From: a virus
Strand: one strand, 5' to 3'
IMG/VR virus record: IMGVR_UViG_3300022699_000232
Coordinates: 1-64,000 of that record
Length of the DNA: 64,000 nt
The number at the start of each line of letters is the position of its first letter. The stretch's first letter is position 1. The notes under the pieces are model-generated. The model was not told the origin of the DNA. It saw only the letters and a list, made by a program, of their open reading frames with translations, and searched no databases. Both the position numbers and the translations under genes were made by a program. Positions 7,430 to 17,138 of this stretch are shown piece by piece.

Positions 7430-9103
7430 CTAGGCCGACATGGTGCTGTGGTGCTCGTAGTCGTGGATCGCGTGACCAAGGAACACGCTGTTTTCCACGA
7501 CGTAGAACGTGTTGGAGGTCGTCGTGTGCGCGCTCTCCATCGACGCGCGCCCCTCATCCCACCAGGAGATACTAAGCGACACGTCGTCGCTCGTTTCGCT
7601 TCCCATGTAGAGCCCGACATTGCGACCACGGTCGGTTCCCGAGGCGGTTGCGTAGTCGTACCAGGACTGGAAGCGGTTGTCCTGTCCGCCTGCAATGTCG
7701 TCGTAGGCGCCGATCACGACGAAATCGGCGTAGTCGCACATGTGCTCTCCGTCCTGAGCGTTGATCCCTCGGTAGGAGATGTCCGAACGCGCTGCTACCT
7801 CATTGTCATTGCCGAGCAGATAGAAGGCACTGAAGACGCCGCACGGAATGTCCAGGTGATCCTGGAACTTACGCACCAGGTCCATCAGTCCCGGCAGGTG
7901 CGTGGCTGGCGGGTAGGTGACTTCGTCGGTCCAGTACTCGACGTCGAGGATGCAGCCGTCGAAGCGCTGCTGCTCGGTCGACTGGTCCTGGTAACGACGC
8001 AGGTAGAGGATGATGTTCTCCATCACCCACTTGTGGTTCTGACCCCAGTCGACATTGCCCCCGAGCGCGAAGACCTGGATGCCGCTCTGATGGCATCGCT
8101 CAACGAGAAGTTGCATTCGCTGCTGACGCGCACCGGTCCAGTTGGTCTTGCCCAGGTAGGGGAAGGTTCCGAGGAACAGAACGTTGATTCCGTACGTGTT
8201 GCAGTGGGTCAGAAGATCGTTCATCTTCTGATCCGTGTCGAGGATGTCGTTGGCTGTTCCGTCGTTCGCGGTCCATACGAACAGCGAGCGAGCGAGGTTG
8301 TTGTTGGGCGGCGTAGGCGCCGCGACTGTCTGAACGGACATGAACTCTTCCTCCGGAGATGACGGCTCGTAGAATCCGATTGATCCCTGAATGTCGACTA
8401 TCGTCGACGAATCAGGAGCTACGTTCAAAAACACAATCGCCGGTCCGTCGATAGTCTCCGGCACCGAAAACCTGTGAGTCGTCGACGTAGTCGTAAACCG
8501 GTACGTCTCGATGGTGACCTGTGGAATGGTCGGGTCAAGCGGATTACGCTTTGAAAGAATCGCGCGACCATCAACCGTGTTCGACCCGATGCGCGCCTCA
8601 GTGATGTGGGCGCTCAGGCCGGTGCGCACGTAATGATGGGACCAGAAGGTCCGGTTGTCGCTGGTGAGGATCGTTCCTACCGCACTACCTCCGCCGTCCG
8701 GGCTGTCGTAGAGCGTGATGACCGCTGCGTTCGAACCGTTGCTGCCGACCTCTGCGACTTCCATGCGCTCGATGAACGCGATGTTCGTTGCGATCGTATT
8801 GACCGCGTTTGCGCCGTTAAGCGCTACGGTCTCCTCCCAAGGTCCGTCCATGTTTCCGTCGTAGTAGACGATCTTTACCTGACGAGCGCCCGCTCCACTC
8901 GGGGCAACATCCTGACCGGAGGCGCTGGAGATGCTCCGTTGGCCCTCGGCTCCCGGTTCGACGTAGTCGGTTGCGCGAAGCGGTTGCGTAGACGTACCAG
9001 AGAGTGTTGTATATCCGACTGCTCGACCTGAGGTAAGCCCGCCAGCTTCCTGAGCGCCTGCTTGTTCGGGGGAGTAGGAGACCAGTTGCGGGGTTGCTGG
9101 CAT
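7430..9103 (-). CDS. virion protein with C-terminal glycoside-hydrolase-like TIM barrel
   Basis: N-terminal phage structural module (SSASGQD..GAGARQVKI..EETVALNGANAVNT); C-terminal alternating beta/alpha domain with FDGCILDVEYW and ADFVVIGAYDD, like GH18-type DGxxxDxE barrels. Confidence 0.6.
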   Translation of the reverse strand: MPATPQLVSYSPEQAGAQEAGGLTSGRAVGYTTLSGTSTQPLRATDYVEPGAEGQRSISSASGQDVAPSGAGARQVKIVYYDGNMDGPWEETVALNGANAVNTIATNIAFIERMEVAEVGSNGSNAAVITLYDSPDGGGSAVGTILTSDNRTFWSHHYVRTGLSAHITEARIGSNTVDGRAILSKRNPLDPTIPQVTIETYRFTTTSTTHRFSVPETIDGPAIVFLNVAPDSSTIVDIQGSIGFYEPSSPEEEFMSVQTVAAPTPPNNNLARSLFVWTANDGTANDILDTDQKMNDLLTHCNTYGINVLFLGTFPYLGKTNWTGARQQRMQLLVERCHQSGIQVFALGGNVDWGQNHKWVMENIILYLRRYQDQSTEQQRFDGCILDVEYWTDEVTYPPATHLPGLMDLVRKFQDHLDIPCGVFSAFYLLGNDNEVAARSDISYRGINAQDGEHMCDYADFVVIGAYDDIAGGQDNRFQSWYDYATASGTDRGRNVGLYMGSETSDDVSLSISWWDEGRASMESAHTTTSNTFYVVENSVFLGHAIHDYEHHSTMSA

Positions 9104-9105
9104 GA

Positions 9106-10059
9106 CTACTGCTCCAAGGCCGCAACGTAGACGACCGCGCTCGTATTCGAGCTAAGGCCGGAAGCTGTCGCTGGGAGCGCCGTGCCCGACGTGCTCTGAT
9201 ACTGCACGACGTTCTCCAAGAATTCGTTAGGGTAAGAAGAATCTGTTTGCTGGATGTTGAACTGGCCTCCAGCAGAACTACGTACGATAGCGAACCAGTA
9301 ATAGCCTGCCGTGGGCGTCGTATAAGCCGACGTCAGCGAGAGAACGTTCGCGGAGTTATCGCTTACTTCGACAGCATTGGTTTGTGCTTCGCGAGTATTC
9401 GGAGAACCTCCTGCATCGGTGGGATCCGATTGACTGTAGATCCCCATGCGAACACTCTTGGAGGGGCCTGTGGTGCCTCCAATCCACGTACGCATACGAT
9501 CGATGGTGATTCCGGCGGGCAAGTAAACCTTTGTGTACTGGACCTCGTCAGCGGAGAACGACCCCTGGCCCGAGTAGATCAGTGGCGAGCCGAGAACGAA
9601 CTGACCTGGGAACCCGCCTGGTTTTTCGGTGAGTTGCTTCCAGACGGCTGCACCTATAGAGACCGAGATGGCTTGCCATACTCGTGCTTCAGTCGTGTTT
9701 ACCCAGAGTGATCCGATATCGTAGCCCTGGGTCTCGTCATCGCTAGCGGTCGGATCAGATGTTGCGTCTAGGTTGTGGACACGCAGCCAAGGTCGTTGAG
9801 CGGTCGACGGTAAAGCGGCCGGCCAGAGGTCTGTCTCCAATACCTGAATGGAGCCTGTCTGAACCGAGTTCAGTGTGACAACGAACTCATTTGTTGGGTT
9901 CGTTGGCGTAGGTACTACCGACTGGATCAGATCGCCTCGGGCGATGTTGTCCACGAATACGCGGACGAAAAGTCCTTCGTGACCAGCGTTGTGGGTCACG
10001 GTGATTTCGTACTGTGACACGAAGTCCTGTGAAAAGATTTCGGAAAACAGGCCGGCCAT
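9106..10059 (-). CDS. fibre/decoration protein, paralog of 12344-13054
   Basis: DPTASDDETQGYDIGSLWVNT..GAAVW module; C-terminal domain shares FSADEVQY, GYYWFAIVR and GGQFN with 12344-13054. Confidence 0.75.
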   Translation of the reverse strand: MAGLFSEIFSQDFVSQYEITVTHNAGHEGLFVRVFVDNIARGDLIQSVVPTPTNPTNEFVVTLNSVQTGSIQVLETDLWPAALPSTAQRPWLRVHNLDATSDPTASDDETQGYDIGSLWVNTTEARVWQAISVSIGAAVWKQLTEKPGGFPGQFVLGSPLIYSGQGSFSADEVQYTKVYLPAGITIDRMRTWIGGTTGPSKSVRMGIYSQSDPTDAGGSPNTREAQTNAVEVSDNSANVLSLTSAYTTPTAGYYWFAIVRSSAGGQFNIQQTDSSYPNEFLENVVQYQSTSGTALPATASGLSSNTSAVVYVAALEQ

Positions 10060-12341
10060 TAGAGCTTGGCCCCATGCGTCCAGCGGACTCCGATCACTTC
10101 GAGCCCAAATACGCTGAGGTCGATAGCATCTGTACCGTCGGCGTCCAACTCCAATCGCACGAGCATCCAGTCGTCCTCAAAGTAGTCTCCGATATCGAAC
10201 GGTCCGAATTGCAGGGAGTAGAGCCGGTCGTTGAATGACGTATCGATGTTCTGACCTGTCGTCGAGTCCACCAGAGCCGCCTTAGACGTGAACGACTCTG
10301 TGTCCGCTGCCGGACGTGGGATTGGATCAATACCCCCGGCCGGGTCGGCAACAAGCGCACCGACAGTTTCTAGTGGGAGCAGAGAAGCAACGATGGATGC
10401 GTCGTCTGAGCCGGCTCCATTAATGATGCTGAAGACGAAGCCGATTAGCAACGGAAAGCTGGTGTCGACTCCACGCGGAAGCGAGAACTGTGCGTAGATG
10501 GCATCACCGGCAGCGGTCATTTGACTGTTCTTAACCTTGTGGTTCCAGCCTGTAGGAGCGCCGCCGCTGCCGACAGCAATCGTAGCGTCTGCTACCTGAC
10601 CCGACTCTCCGAATTGATTACCACCAGCAAGCAGCGTCTCTCGAAAACGGCTGCGTCCGAAGAAGGCGTGCGTGCCATCGTCCTTGAACTCCGAATGGTT
10701 CGGGTGGAGCTTTACCGTTTCGATGATCGGAGCAGAGGTCAAAGCGTTGACGTTGCGTACTCGTGACCAGTAGAGATTCTGGCCGTTGATGGTCTTCTTA
10801 GCCCAGGTGGTTGTTCGGTCGATTCCGTAGAGAACTTGGTCGTCGCTGTTGTCGCGAATCAGATGGAAGTTCCCGTATCGATGGAACAACTGTGAGTGGT
10901 AGCTCATCGCACCGATCTCAACCCACGCCGCTCCATCCCAGATTTCAAAGACGAAACTGCGAGTGTCGAAGTCGACTGCTCCGGTGGCGACCTCTAGATT
11001 CACGCCCCAGTGCTTTAGCACGTCTGTGCCGTCATCGAGCAACGACCCGAACAGGATTGAATGATTGGTGCCTGTGCCTTGCATGGTGAACGTTGAGCCC
11101 GAAACAGACTGCGACTCACTGGACACGTCGATAAGATTACCGCCATCTGACGTCGAACCAGCGGTCCCATCGGTTGTGATTACCACGGTACCGCGTCTGT
11201 AGGCGTCACCCTCTCCGAAGGTCGCCGAGGCTCCTCTCTCGGCGTGTCCCGTAACTAGCTCACCCCAGGTAACGAAGCCCTCGTCGCCGACGCTCCTGTC
11301 GATGATCGTGAGGAAGAATCCAGGTGAGTTTAGCCATGCACCTGGAGCGTCAATAGAGTCGACACGGCCTTCACTGAGCAGCCATGTGAAGTCTGCCGTG
11401 GTCAGCCCAGAATCGACCTTCACATCGGTGGTGACGACATCTGTGTTGATGCTAAGTGAATTGAGGCGGACAGTGGCACTGTCGCTAGTAATTCTAACGC
11501 CGTTGTCGATGCTGCCGACGCCACCGAATAGCGTAGACGTCATCTGAAGGTTACCCGCGCCGATCATGATTGCGTCCGTTAGGACCCCAGATCCCACGAA
11601 TGACAGGTTTCGGCAGACACACAGACCGCCGGTAACTTTCAGACCAGTGGTAGCAATTCCTCCAAGCACATCAAAGCCTGTAATGAGAGATGCCCCATTA
11701 CCACTTTGTTCGATGATCGTGTCGCAGGAACCTGCTTCGTAGATCGAGAACCCGATCCCCAAAGAACCGTCGCCTGAGTTTCGGATGCAGGTGCCGGAAC
11801 CGCCGTTTCCGATGAACAGGCAGGAGATTACTTCTCCTCTTTCCCCTACAGGCGCAACTACATCTACAGCAGGAGCCGCATCATCAGGAACTTCGACGGT
11901 GAAGCCAATGATGTTAGACCCACCGCTTAGCGTAACGCGAGTTCCAGTAGAGCTACTACCGGTGATGCGGGTACGAAGTGGACGAGGAGCGGCCAACAAA
12001 GTGACATCGGTTGGAACCGTGAAACTCTCCGCATAATCTCCCGGACCAACCCAGATGATCGAACCTGGTTGGGCCTCGTTAATTGCGTCGGTGATAGTAG
12101 TGAACTGCTTCTTCGTCAGTCCGAATACTAGCGTGACTCCAGACACACCGCCGACAGCGCCTTCCGGCGAGATAATCTTCCAGTTGGCCGCTCCGGTAGT
12201 CGAGTCCACCAACTCGTACTGAAAGCGTGTTGACGTGTCGAGCCATCTCCAGCCGAGGACGAATCCCTGCGACTCGTCGTCACTAACAGTCGGCGCGACG
12301 TTGGTGAGGGTAAGAGAGGCGTCTGTAGGAAAACCGGGCAC
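10059..12341 (-). CDS. tailspike-like protein with right-handed parallel beta-helix (possible depolymerase)
   Basis: N-terminal PTVSDDESQGF..WLDT..GAANW module, then the beta-helix cap FTTITDAINEAQPGSIIWVGPGDYAES and Gly/Ile/Ser-rich coils. Confidence 0.7.
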   Translation of the reverse strand: MPGFPTDASLTLTNVAPTVSDDESQGFVLGWRWLDTSTRFQYELVDSTTGAANWKIISPEGAVGGVSGVTLVFGLTKKQFTTITDAINEAQPGSIIWVGPGDYAESFTVPTDVTLLAAPRPLRTRITGSSSTGTRVTLSGGSNIIGFTVEVPDDAAPAVDVVAPVGERGEVISCLFIGNGGSGTCIRNSGDGSLGIGFSIYEAGSCDTIIEQSGNGASLITGFDVLGGIATTGLKVTGGLCVCRNLSFVGSGVLTDAIMIGAGNLQMTSTLFGGVGSIDNGVRITSDSATVRLNSLSINTDVVTTDVKVDSGLTTADFTWLLSEGRVDSIDAPGAWLNSPGFFLTIIDRSVGDEGFVTWGELVTGHAERGASATFGEGDAYRRGTVVITTDGTAGSTSDGGNLIDVSSESQSVSGSTFTMQGTGTNHSILFGSLLDDGTDVLKHWGVNLEVATGAVDFDTRSFVFEIWDGAAWVEIGAMSYHSQLFHRYGNFHLIRDNSDDQVLYGIDRTTTWAKKTINGQNLYWSRVRNVNALTSAPIIETVKLHPNHSEFKDDGTHAFFGRSRFRETLLAGGNQFGESGQVADATIAVGSGGAPTGWNHKVKNSQMTAAGDAIYAQFSLPRGVDTSFPLLIGFVFSIINGAGSDDASIVASLLPLETVGALVADPAGGIDPIPRPAADTESFTSKAALVDSTTGQNIDTSFNDRLYSLQFGPFDIGDYFEDDWMLVRLELDADGTDAIDLSVFGLEVIGVRWTHGAKL

Positions 12342-12343
12342 GC

Positions 12344-13054
12344 CTACACCTCCAACAACGAAGCTAAGATCACAGAGCTAGCAGGGTTAGAAAGACCGCT
12401 CGTTGTGGATGGAAGCGCAGTACCGGTGGTCGTCTGTCTCCTCACAGACAGAAAGTTGGCCGGGTACGTTGCATTCGTCTGAATCACATTAAACTGACCA
12501 CCAGCGCTTTCTCGAACAATTGCGAGCCAATAGTAACCGCTTTCAGGAACAGTCCAATTGCCCGCCGTGAAGGCAGCAGCAGTGAACACACCCGTGGAAG
12601 GTAATGTCAGCGCCGTCTCGCGAATCTTCGCGTTAGGAACTCCTGACCCATTAGACGGATCCGCCTGATCGTAGACGCCCATGCGAATATCTTTTGTCGG
12701 TCCAGTGGAAGAAGCGACATAAGCCCGCATGGATCCATATTCTCTGCCTACTCGCAGAAACGTCCTGGCATACTGCACCTCATCTGCTGTGAATCCTCCG
12801 GTCGTGCCGTAGAAATAGAGCGAACCGCCTGGTGTAATCACACCAGGTTCCTCAAGATTCGCCTGGATTAGCTCGTTTACGGTAACCCAAACGGCCGCGC
12901 CGGCAGTCGCATCGACGCATTCGAACACCGTATTCGTATCTACGTTCACCCATCGTGAGCCGATATCATAGGCTTGAGTTTCGTCGTCGTTGACAGTCGG
13001 ATCAGATGTGGCGTCGAACCTATTGGTGAGCGCGGCATTCGGGGTACGGGGCAT
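12344..13054 (-). CDS. fibre/decoration protein, paralog of 9106-10059
   Basis: DPTVNDDETQAYDIGSRWVNV..GAAVW module plus the shared C-terminal domain. Confidence 0.75.
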   Translation of the reverse strand: MPRTPNAALTNRFDATSDPTVNDDETQAYDIGSRWVNVDTNTVFECVDATAGAAVWVTVNELIQANLEEPGVITPGGSLYFYGTTGGFTADEVQYARTFLRVGREYGSMRAYVASSTGPTKDIRMGVYDQADPSNGSGVPNAKIRETALTLPSTGVFTAAAFTAGNWTVPESGYYWLAIVRESAGGQFNVIQTNATYPANFLSVRRQTTTGTALPSTTSGLSNPASSVILASLLEV

Positions 13055-13656
13055 TACGAGGTTGGCTTTTCCTTACAGGTTCGAACGGTATGCCCCTCCT
13101 TGTCGCAACGACTGCACTTGCGAGGCTTCTTCTCAGACTTTTTCTTAGACTTCTTCTCGGACTTCTTGCCGTTCTCGGCCGCCTTCAGCGCAGCAATGCG
13201 GTTCGGCGGACGAGTTCCCGTTGGGCGCGGGGGTCCGAGGCGCTCGACCGTTCCATCAGGCTCCTCCTCGGTGTGTTGGGAAACAGCCTGACGCTTCGCC
13301 TGCTCGTCGTCATAGAGCTTCTTGGTGATCTTGACCGAGGTCTGTAGTGCTTCGACGCGTCCGTGGGCACGTTGCTCCTTTACATCGGCCTGGATACGCA
13401 TGTTACGAACGACTTCGGCGGAGCGCTGTAGCCACTTCCGGACCAGGACGAACTGCTCTTCGTCGAGAATCTCGGCGTCCATATCGCGCTTGGCGTGCGC
13501 GATGAGCCCCTCAACAGCCTGTGCGGCAGACCTCAACGAAGTCTTGGCGCCGTCCCATCGATAGATGTCGTGTTGAGCAGACTCAAGCGCATCATCGAAG
13601 CCGGCGCCAAGTTCATGGGCGACCGCCATCTTGACCTCGGACTTGTCGACTCCCAT
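13054..13656 (-). CDS. coiled-coil protein with Lys-rich tail and C-terminal CCHC zinc knuckle
   Basis: Helical heptads, then KKSEKKSKKKSEKKPRKCSRCDKEGHTVRTC (C-x2-C-x4-H-x4-C); ATG 13656 preceded by GAGGTGG. Confidence 0.75.
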   Translation of the reverse strand: MGVDKSEVKMAVAHELGAGFDDALESAQHDIYRWDGAKTSLRSAAQAVEGLIAHAKRDMDAEILDEEQFVLVRKWLQRSAEVVRNMRIQADVKEQRAHGRVEALQTSVKITKKLYDDEQAKRQAVSQHTEEEPDGTVERLGPPRPTGTRPPNRIAALKAAENGKKSEKKSKKKSEKKPRKCSRCDKEGHTVRTCKEKPTS

Positions 13657-13684
13657 TACCACCTCACCCTATGGGGTCTTCAGA

Positions 13685-15262
13685 TTACGGCTCCTGGCCG
13701 TTGACGATCACGGTGACGACGTCGGGGTTACCCGGAGAAGCCTTGATGGTGAACTCGAAGCGGAGATCACCACTAGCGGGGCTAGTGCCGGGGTAGACGT
13801 CCTCGTTCGCAGCGGCGTTCGCGCCATTGCGCAGAAGCGCGCCGTTGTAGAACACGTCGACATCTTCGACGAACGTGACCTGATCGTAGGCCGGAAGGTC
13901 CGTGTCGAGGTTGTTGGCACCGCTCGGACCGTTGACGTCGTTGTCGGCAGTTGTTGTGGACGTCACCACCGCCTGGACCTTGTTCCGCGCTTCGGCCCTG
14001 GCTGCCTGGTAGATCGCGTTCAGCAGTGAGACTTCACCGAACTCAGTTTCGAAGTCGTCCCACTCCTGAGTCGTCTCCGACAGCTTGATACCGGTTGTCT
14101 GGGCCCAGGTAGAACCAGCCTGGTTACCGTCGTCGAGAAGAAGCTCGCCGGCGCCTAGGATACGAAGATCATCGGCGCCCGTAGTCTCGACAACTCCAGC
14201 GTTGACGCCGATGTCGACCTGAGTCCCGCCTGTATCGAGCGAGGCTCCGTTCGCGAAATCGTTGACCGCCGCATTGTTATCGAATAGGTCGACATCCGTC
14301 CCGAACTCGATCTCACTGGTGCCACCGGAACTCCCCTCGATGATTCGGAGGAGATCGGCTTCGAGATCGTCGCGGATCGACCAGATCAGTCCAGGGCCTT
14401 CAAGATCCAGGGTGGCGTTGGTAGTCAGGTCGACCGGGGTCGTGCCTTGGTTGTCGTAGGCGACCTGACGAGTGACCGTAGATCCGGCGGGGACATCTAC
14501 CACAGCGCCGTTAAGGAAGTCGTCTTCGCTCAGATCCTCGTAGCGCACACGCTCGTTCGAGCAGTAGTTGATGACTGCATTTTCGATGTCAGACACCGGG
14601 CACGCTTCGAGGTCGTCTCCCGTCGCGTTGACCCGGACGAAGCTGATCTGGACACGCGTGGTCGTCGTATCGGTGATCGTTGCGCCGTCCGTAACACCCG
14701 ACTCGCCTTGGAGAAGACCGTAGATCTGTCGACCACTGGAGAGAATCGGATCTCGCGTGGCGCCGTCAACGATCACCATCAGGTTCTTCGGCTTGATCGC
14801 GCTAGAGCCCGCAACTTCGTCGAGAGCATGAGTGCCGAAGGTTCCGCCGTGAGCGGCAACCACGGTGCCTAGTGTTGTGACGGCGCCGACAGCAGCCGTC
14901 GTATTCGACGGCAGTTCGCCGGTTCCAAGGATCACGAAATTCTCGCCGGCCCCGACCGTGACGTCTGTCAGGTTGTAGACGCAGCGCAGGATGCGCTTCT
15001 TCTCAACCAGGTGCAGCGCATCGTTTAGATCGCTGACACCGCGCTGGGAGCCCGACTCCAGCGTCGACGGTGTCGTGATGACGTCGTACCAGTTGCCCAC
15101 TTGCACGTCGAGCAGGTGCGAGACCATCGAACGCAGGTTGTTGAGGTCTTCCTCGACGTTGGCCGGGTTGGTCTCGAAGTTCGCCTCAGAAGGGGCGACG
15201 GTGTCATCGAAGACATCGCTCGACTGAATCTGCGTGTCCTGCCGAATGAATGTACGTGCCAT
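13685..15262 (-). CDS. acidic virion structural/fibre protein
   Basis: 525 aa, D/T/G/A-rich, with C-terminal VDVFYNGALLRNG..DVY module. Confidence 0.75.
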   Translation of the reverse strand: MARTFIRQDTQIQSSDVFDDTVAPSEANFETNPANVEEDLNNLRSMVSHLLDVQVGNWYDVITTPSTLESGSQRGVSDLNDALHLVEKKRILRCVYNLTDVTVGAGENFVILGTGELPSNTTAAVGAVTTLGTVVAAHGGTFGTHALDEVAGSSAIKPKNLMVIVDGATRDPILSSGRQIYGLLQGESGVTDGATITDTTTTRVQISFVRVNATGDDLEACPVSDIENAVINYCSNERVRYEDLSEDDFLNGAVVDVPAGSTVTRQVAYDNQGTTPVDLTTNATLDLEGPGLIWSIRDDLEADLLRIIEGSSGGTSEIEFGTDVDLFDNNAAVNDFANGASLDTGGTQVDIGVNAGVVETTGADDLRILGAGELLLDDGNQAGSTWAQTTGIKLSETTQEWDDFETEFGEVSLLNAIYQAARAEARNKVQAVVTSTTTADNDVNGPSGANNLDTDLPAYDQVTFVEDVDVFYNGALLRNGANAAANEDVYPGTSPASGDLRFEFTIKASPGNPDVVTVIVNGQEP

Positions 15263-15275
15263 GCCTTAGCTCTCC

Positions 15276-15572
15276 CTAAACGGGATCATAGTCGATAGTT
15301 ACCACGTCATCCGGTCTCGAACCAGGACGATCTCGCGGGGCTACCGCAAAGGTGATTGTATCGTAACCCGTTCCCGCCCCACCACTCTCTGAGCGAACGT
15401 AGTCGTTTCCCGCGCCCTCTCTTTGGCGCACACCGTTGAAGTAGACTGCTTCAGAACCAGGAGTGAAATCGCTCGCCGTCGTGAAGACGGTGTTGGAGTC
15501 GTTGATTGCTCCGGTAAGAACTTCACCGTAGACGCGTGTGGATGCTGCTGTTTCTGTAACGCTTAGGAGCAC
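15276..15572 (-). CDS. small virion protein with VYxNGxxQxxGxxxDY module
   Basis: GAINDSNTVFT..VYFNGVRQREGAGNDY..ITFAVAP..VTIDY; same module occurs in 13685-15262 and 46028-47029. Confidence 0.75.
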   Translation of the reverse strand: MLLSVTETAASTRVYGEVLTGAINDSNTVFTTASDFTPGSEAVYFNGVRQREGAGNDYVRSESGGAGTGYDTITFAVAPRDRPGSRPDDVVTIDYDPV

Positions 15573-15639
15573 GATTTAGACCGATCCGAAAGAAAGGCTC
15601 ACCTGAGATTACCTGGGCCTCCCGAGGGTCTAGCGTCGG

Positions 15640-16701
15640 CTATCGTTCGGGTGCATCAACGATCTTCGCGCCTTGAATGCTCCCGTGCCGATCTCGGTCG
15701 AACTGAACCTCTCGCGACCCCTTCTCGCCCTTGTGGAAGTTCACCTTGATAGCACCTTCGTCGAAGGTGACACTGGGCGGTTGCACGTTAACCGGAGCGG
15801 CGACCTTTACCTCACGCTCCGGGATCTCGAAGTTGTTCTGGACGGCGCCCTTGGCGATCTTGACGACTGTGTCCTTAGAGACCGCGCCTTCGATCTTTGC
15901 CATACGCGCGTCAAGCGTGTGGTAGTTATCCATCAGACGCTCGACGAGTCGCTGCAACGACGAGAACTCTTCGCGGACGATACGCGACAGTTCTTCTCGA
16001 ACAGCGCGGATGATCTCGGTACGCAGAACGGTCGCTAGCTCGGTCTTGATGAGCCGAGGGACCTCCGCACGGATGACCTTGGTTACGTCGTTTCTACTCT
16101 CGGCGAGTAGGTGGCGCTGTGTCGTTGTCAGTGCTGTAGAAGTAGTTGCTGGTTTCGGCGTAGGAGGAGGAGGAGGAGTTCCAACGTCCTCCTGCTTCGT
16201 CGTAGGTCTCGTCTGCTCTGATGGAACCGACTTCTCTGGGGAGGTGCCCCACAAGCCACCCATCCGCTCGAACAGGTTGTCGACGATGTCTCGCGCCCGC
16301 GAGTCATTCTTCTGCTCGCTCGACGACGTACCTACGAAGTTCGGAAGCGGCCGGGTTGATCTAACTAGGCTGTGCGGTGTCGCCGTGGAAGACGGCGCCT
16401 CTTCATCGAGAAGTTGCGACTCTTCGTCTTCATCCTCATCTTCCTCGATCTCTTCGACGATCTCGTCTTCGATTCCGATGTGGTCGTTCGATGGCTCGTA
16501 GTCAGGTTCCTTGGCTTCCTCTACAACCGGTCGTTCTCCTGTGAGCAGGGTATGCTTGACGTAGGAGGAGAACTCCGTCGGCTCTGGTGGCGGTGAATCT
16601 GCGGGCGAGACGCGCTCGAACAGAGAGCCATGGCTCCGCGACCTGGAGGGAGCGGATCTGCGCATGGGCTCGGTTGGCATGACCCTGGCGAACAGGCTCA
16701 T
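15640..16701 (-). CDS. hypothetical protein (disordered N-terminus, central coiled coil)
   Basis: ATG at 16701 with GGGAG RBS; acidic/Pro-rich region, helical middle, C-terminal FDRDRHGSIQGAKIV hairpin-like motif. Confidence 0.7.
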   Translation of the reverse strand: MSLFARVMPTEPMRRSAPSRSRSHGSLFERVSPADSPPPEPTEFSSYVKHTLLTGERPVVEEAKEPDYEPSNDHIGIEDEIVEEIEEDEDEDEESQLLDEEAPSSTATPHSLVRSTRPLPNFVGTSSSEQKNDSRARDIVDNLFERMGGLWGTSPEKSVPSEQTRPTTKQEDVGTPPPPPTPKPATTSTALTTTQRHLLAESRNDVTKVIRAEVPRLIKTELATVLRTEIIRAVREELSRIVREEFSSLQRLVERLMDNYHTLDARMAKIEGAVSKDTVVKIAKGAVQNNFEIPEREVKVAAPVNVQPPSVTFDEGAIKVNFHKGEKGSREVQFDRDRHGSIQGAKIVDAPER

Positions 16702-17138
16702 AGACGCTCCCTGGCGGTTAGAGCATACCACGACCTAACTGTCGAGATCGTATCGCCTTCCACATGGTAGCTTGAGTATTCCTCCCTTTTCCAGGAGGAG
16801 GAGGAGGAAGGGGATCTTCCTCGTTCTGCTTCCTGCGCCCATAATTTTTCTCGCACAGACTACAACCAACTCGGTAGAAATACCCAGCGCCTATTAGGCG
16901 CAACCTCAGAGCGGAAGTGCCTCGGTATCCCCCTTAAAGGGTTACCAACCGTCCTGGACACTGATCGTTCTTTGTTGGACCTCTTGGTCTGACGGGCAAT
17001 TAAGCCGGTCGATTGAAAGCGCGTTTACGAGACTCGCTCGAAACGAGACTCGTAAAATCGGACATAGTCCGTCTTTAGATTGACTGTCCTTGATAACTCG
17101 CCAAGAGGTGATTCGTGTCGGCACCCAGGAGGAGATGA

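Noticed and set aside
9106-13054. Diversity-generating retroelement template/variable repeat between paralogous C-termini
   Set aside because: Similarity is at protein level with broad divergence rather than adenine-specific mismatches, and no reverse transcriptase is in the window
16718-16903. 61-aa minus-strand ORF with CxxC and a poly-Pro run
   Set aside because: TTG start with weak RBS, atypical codon usage and overlap with the structured intergenic region; cannot be supported as a gene, though not excluded
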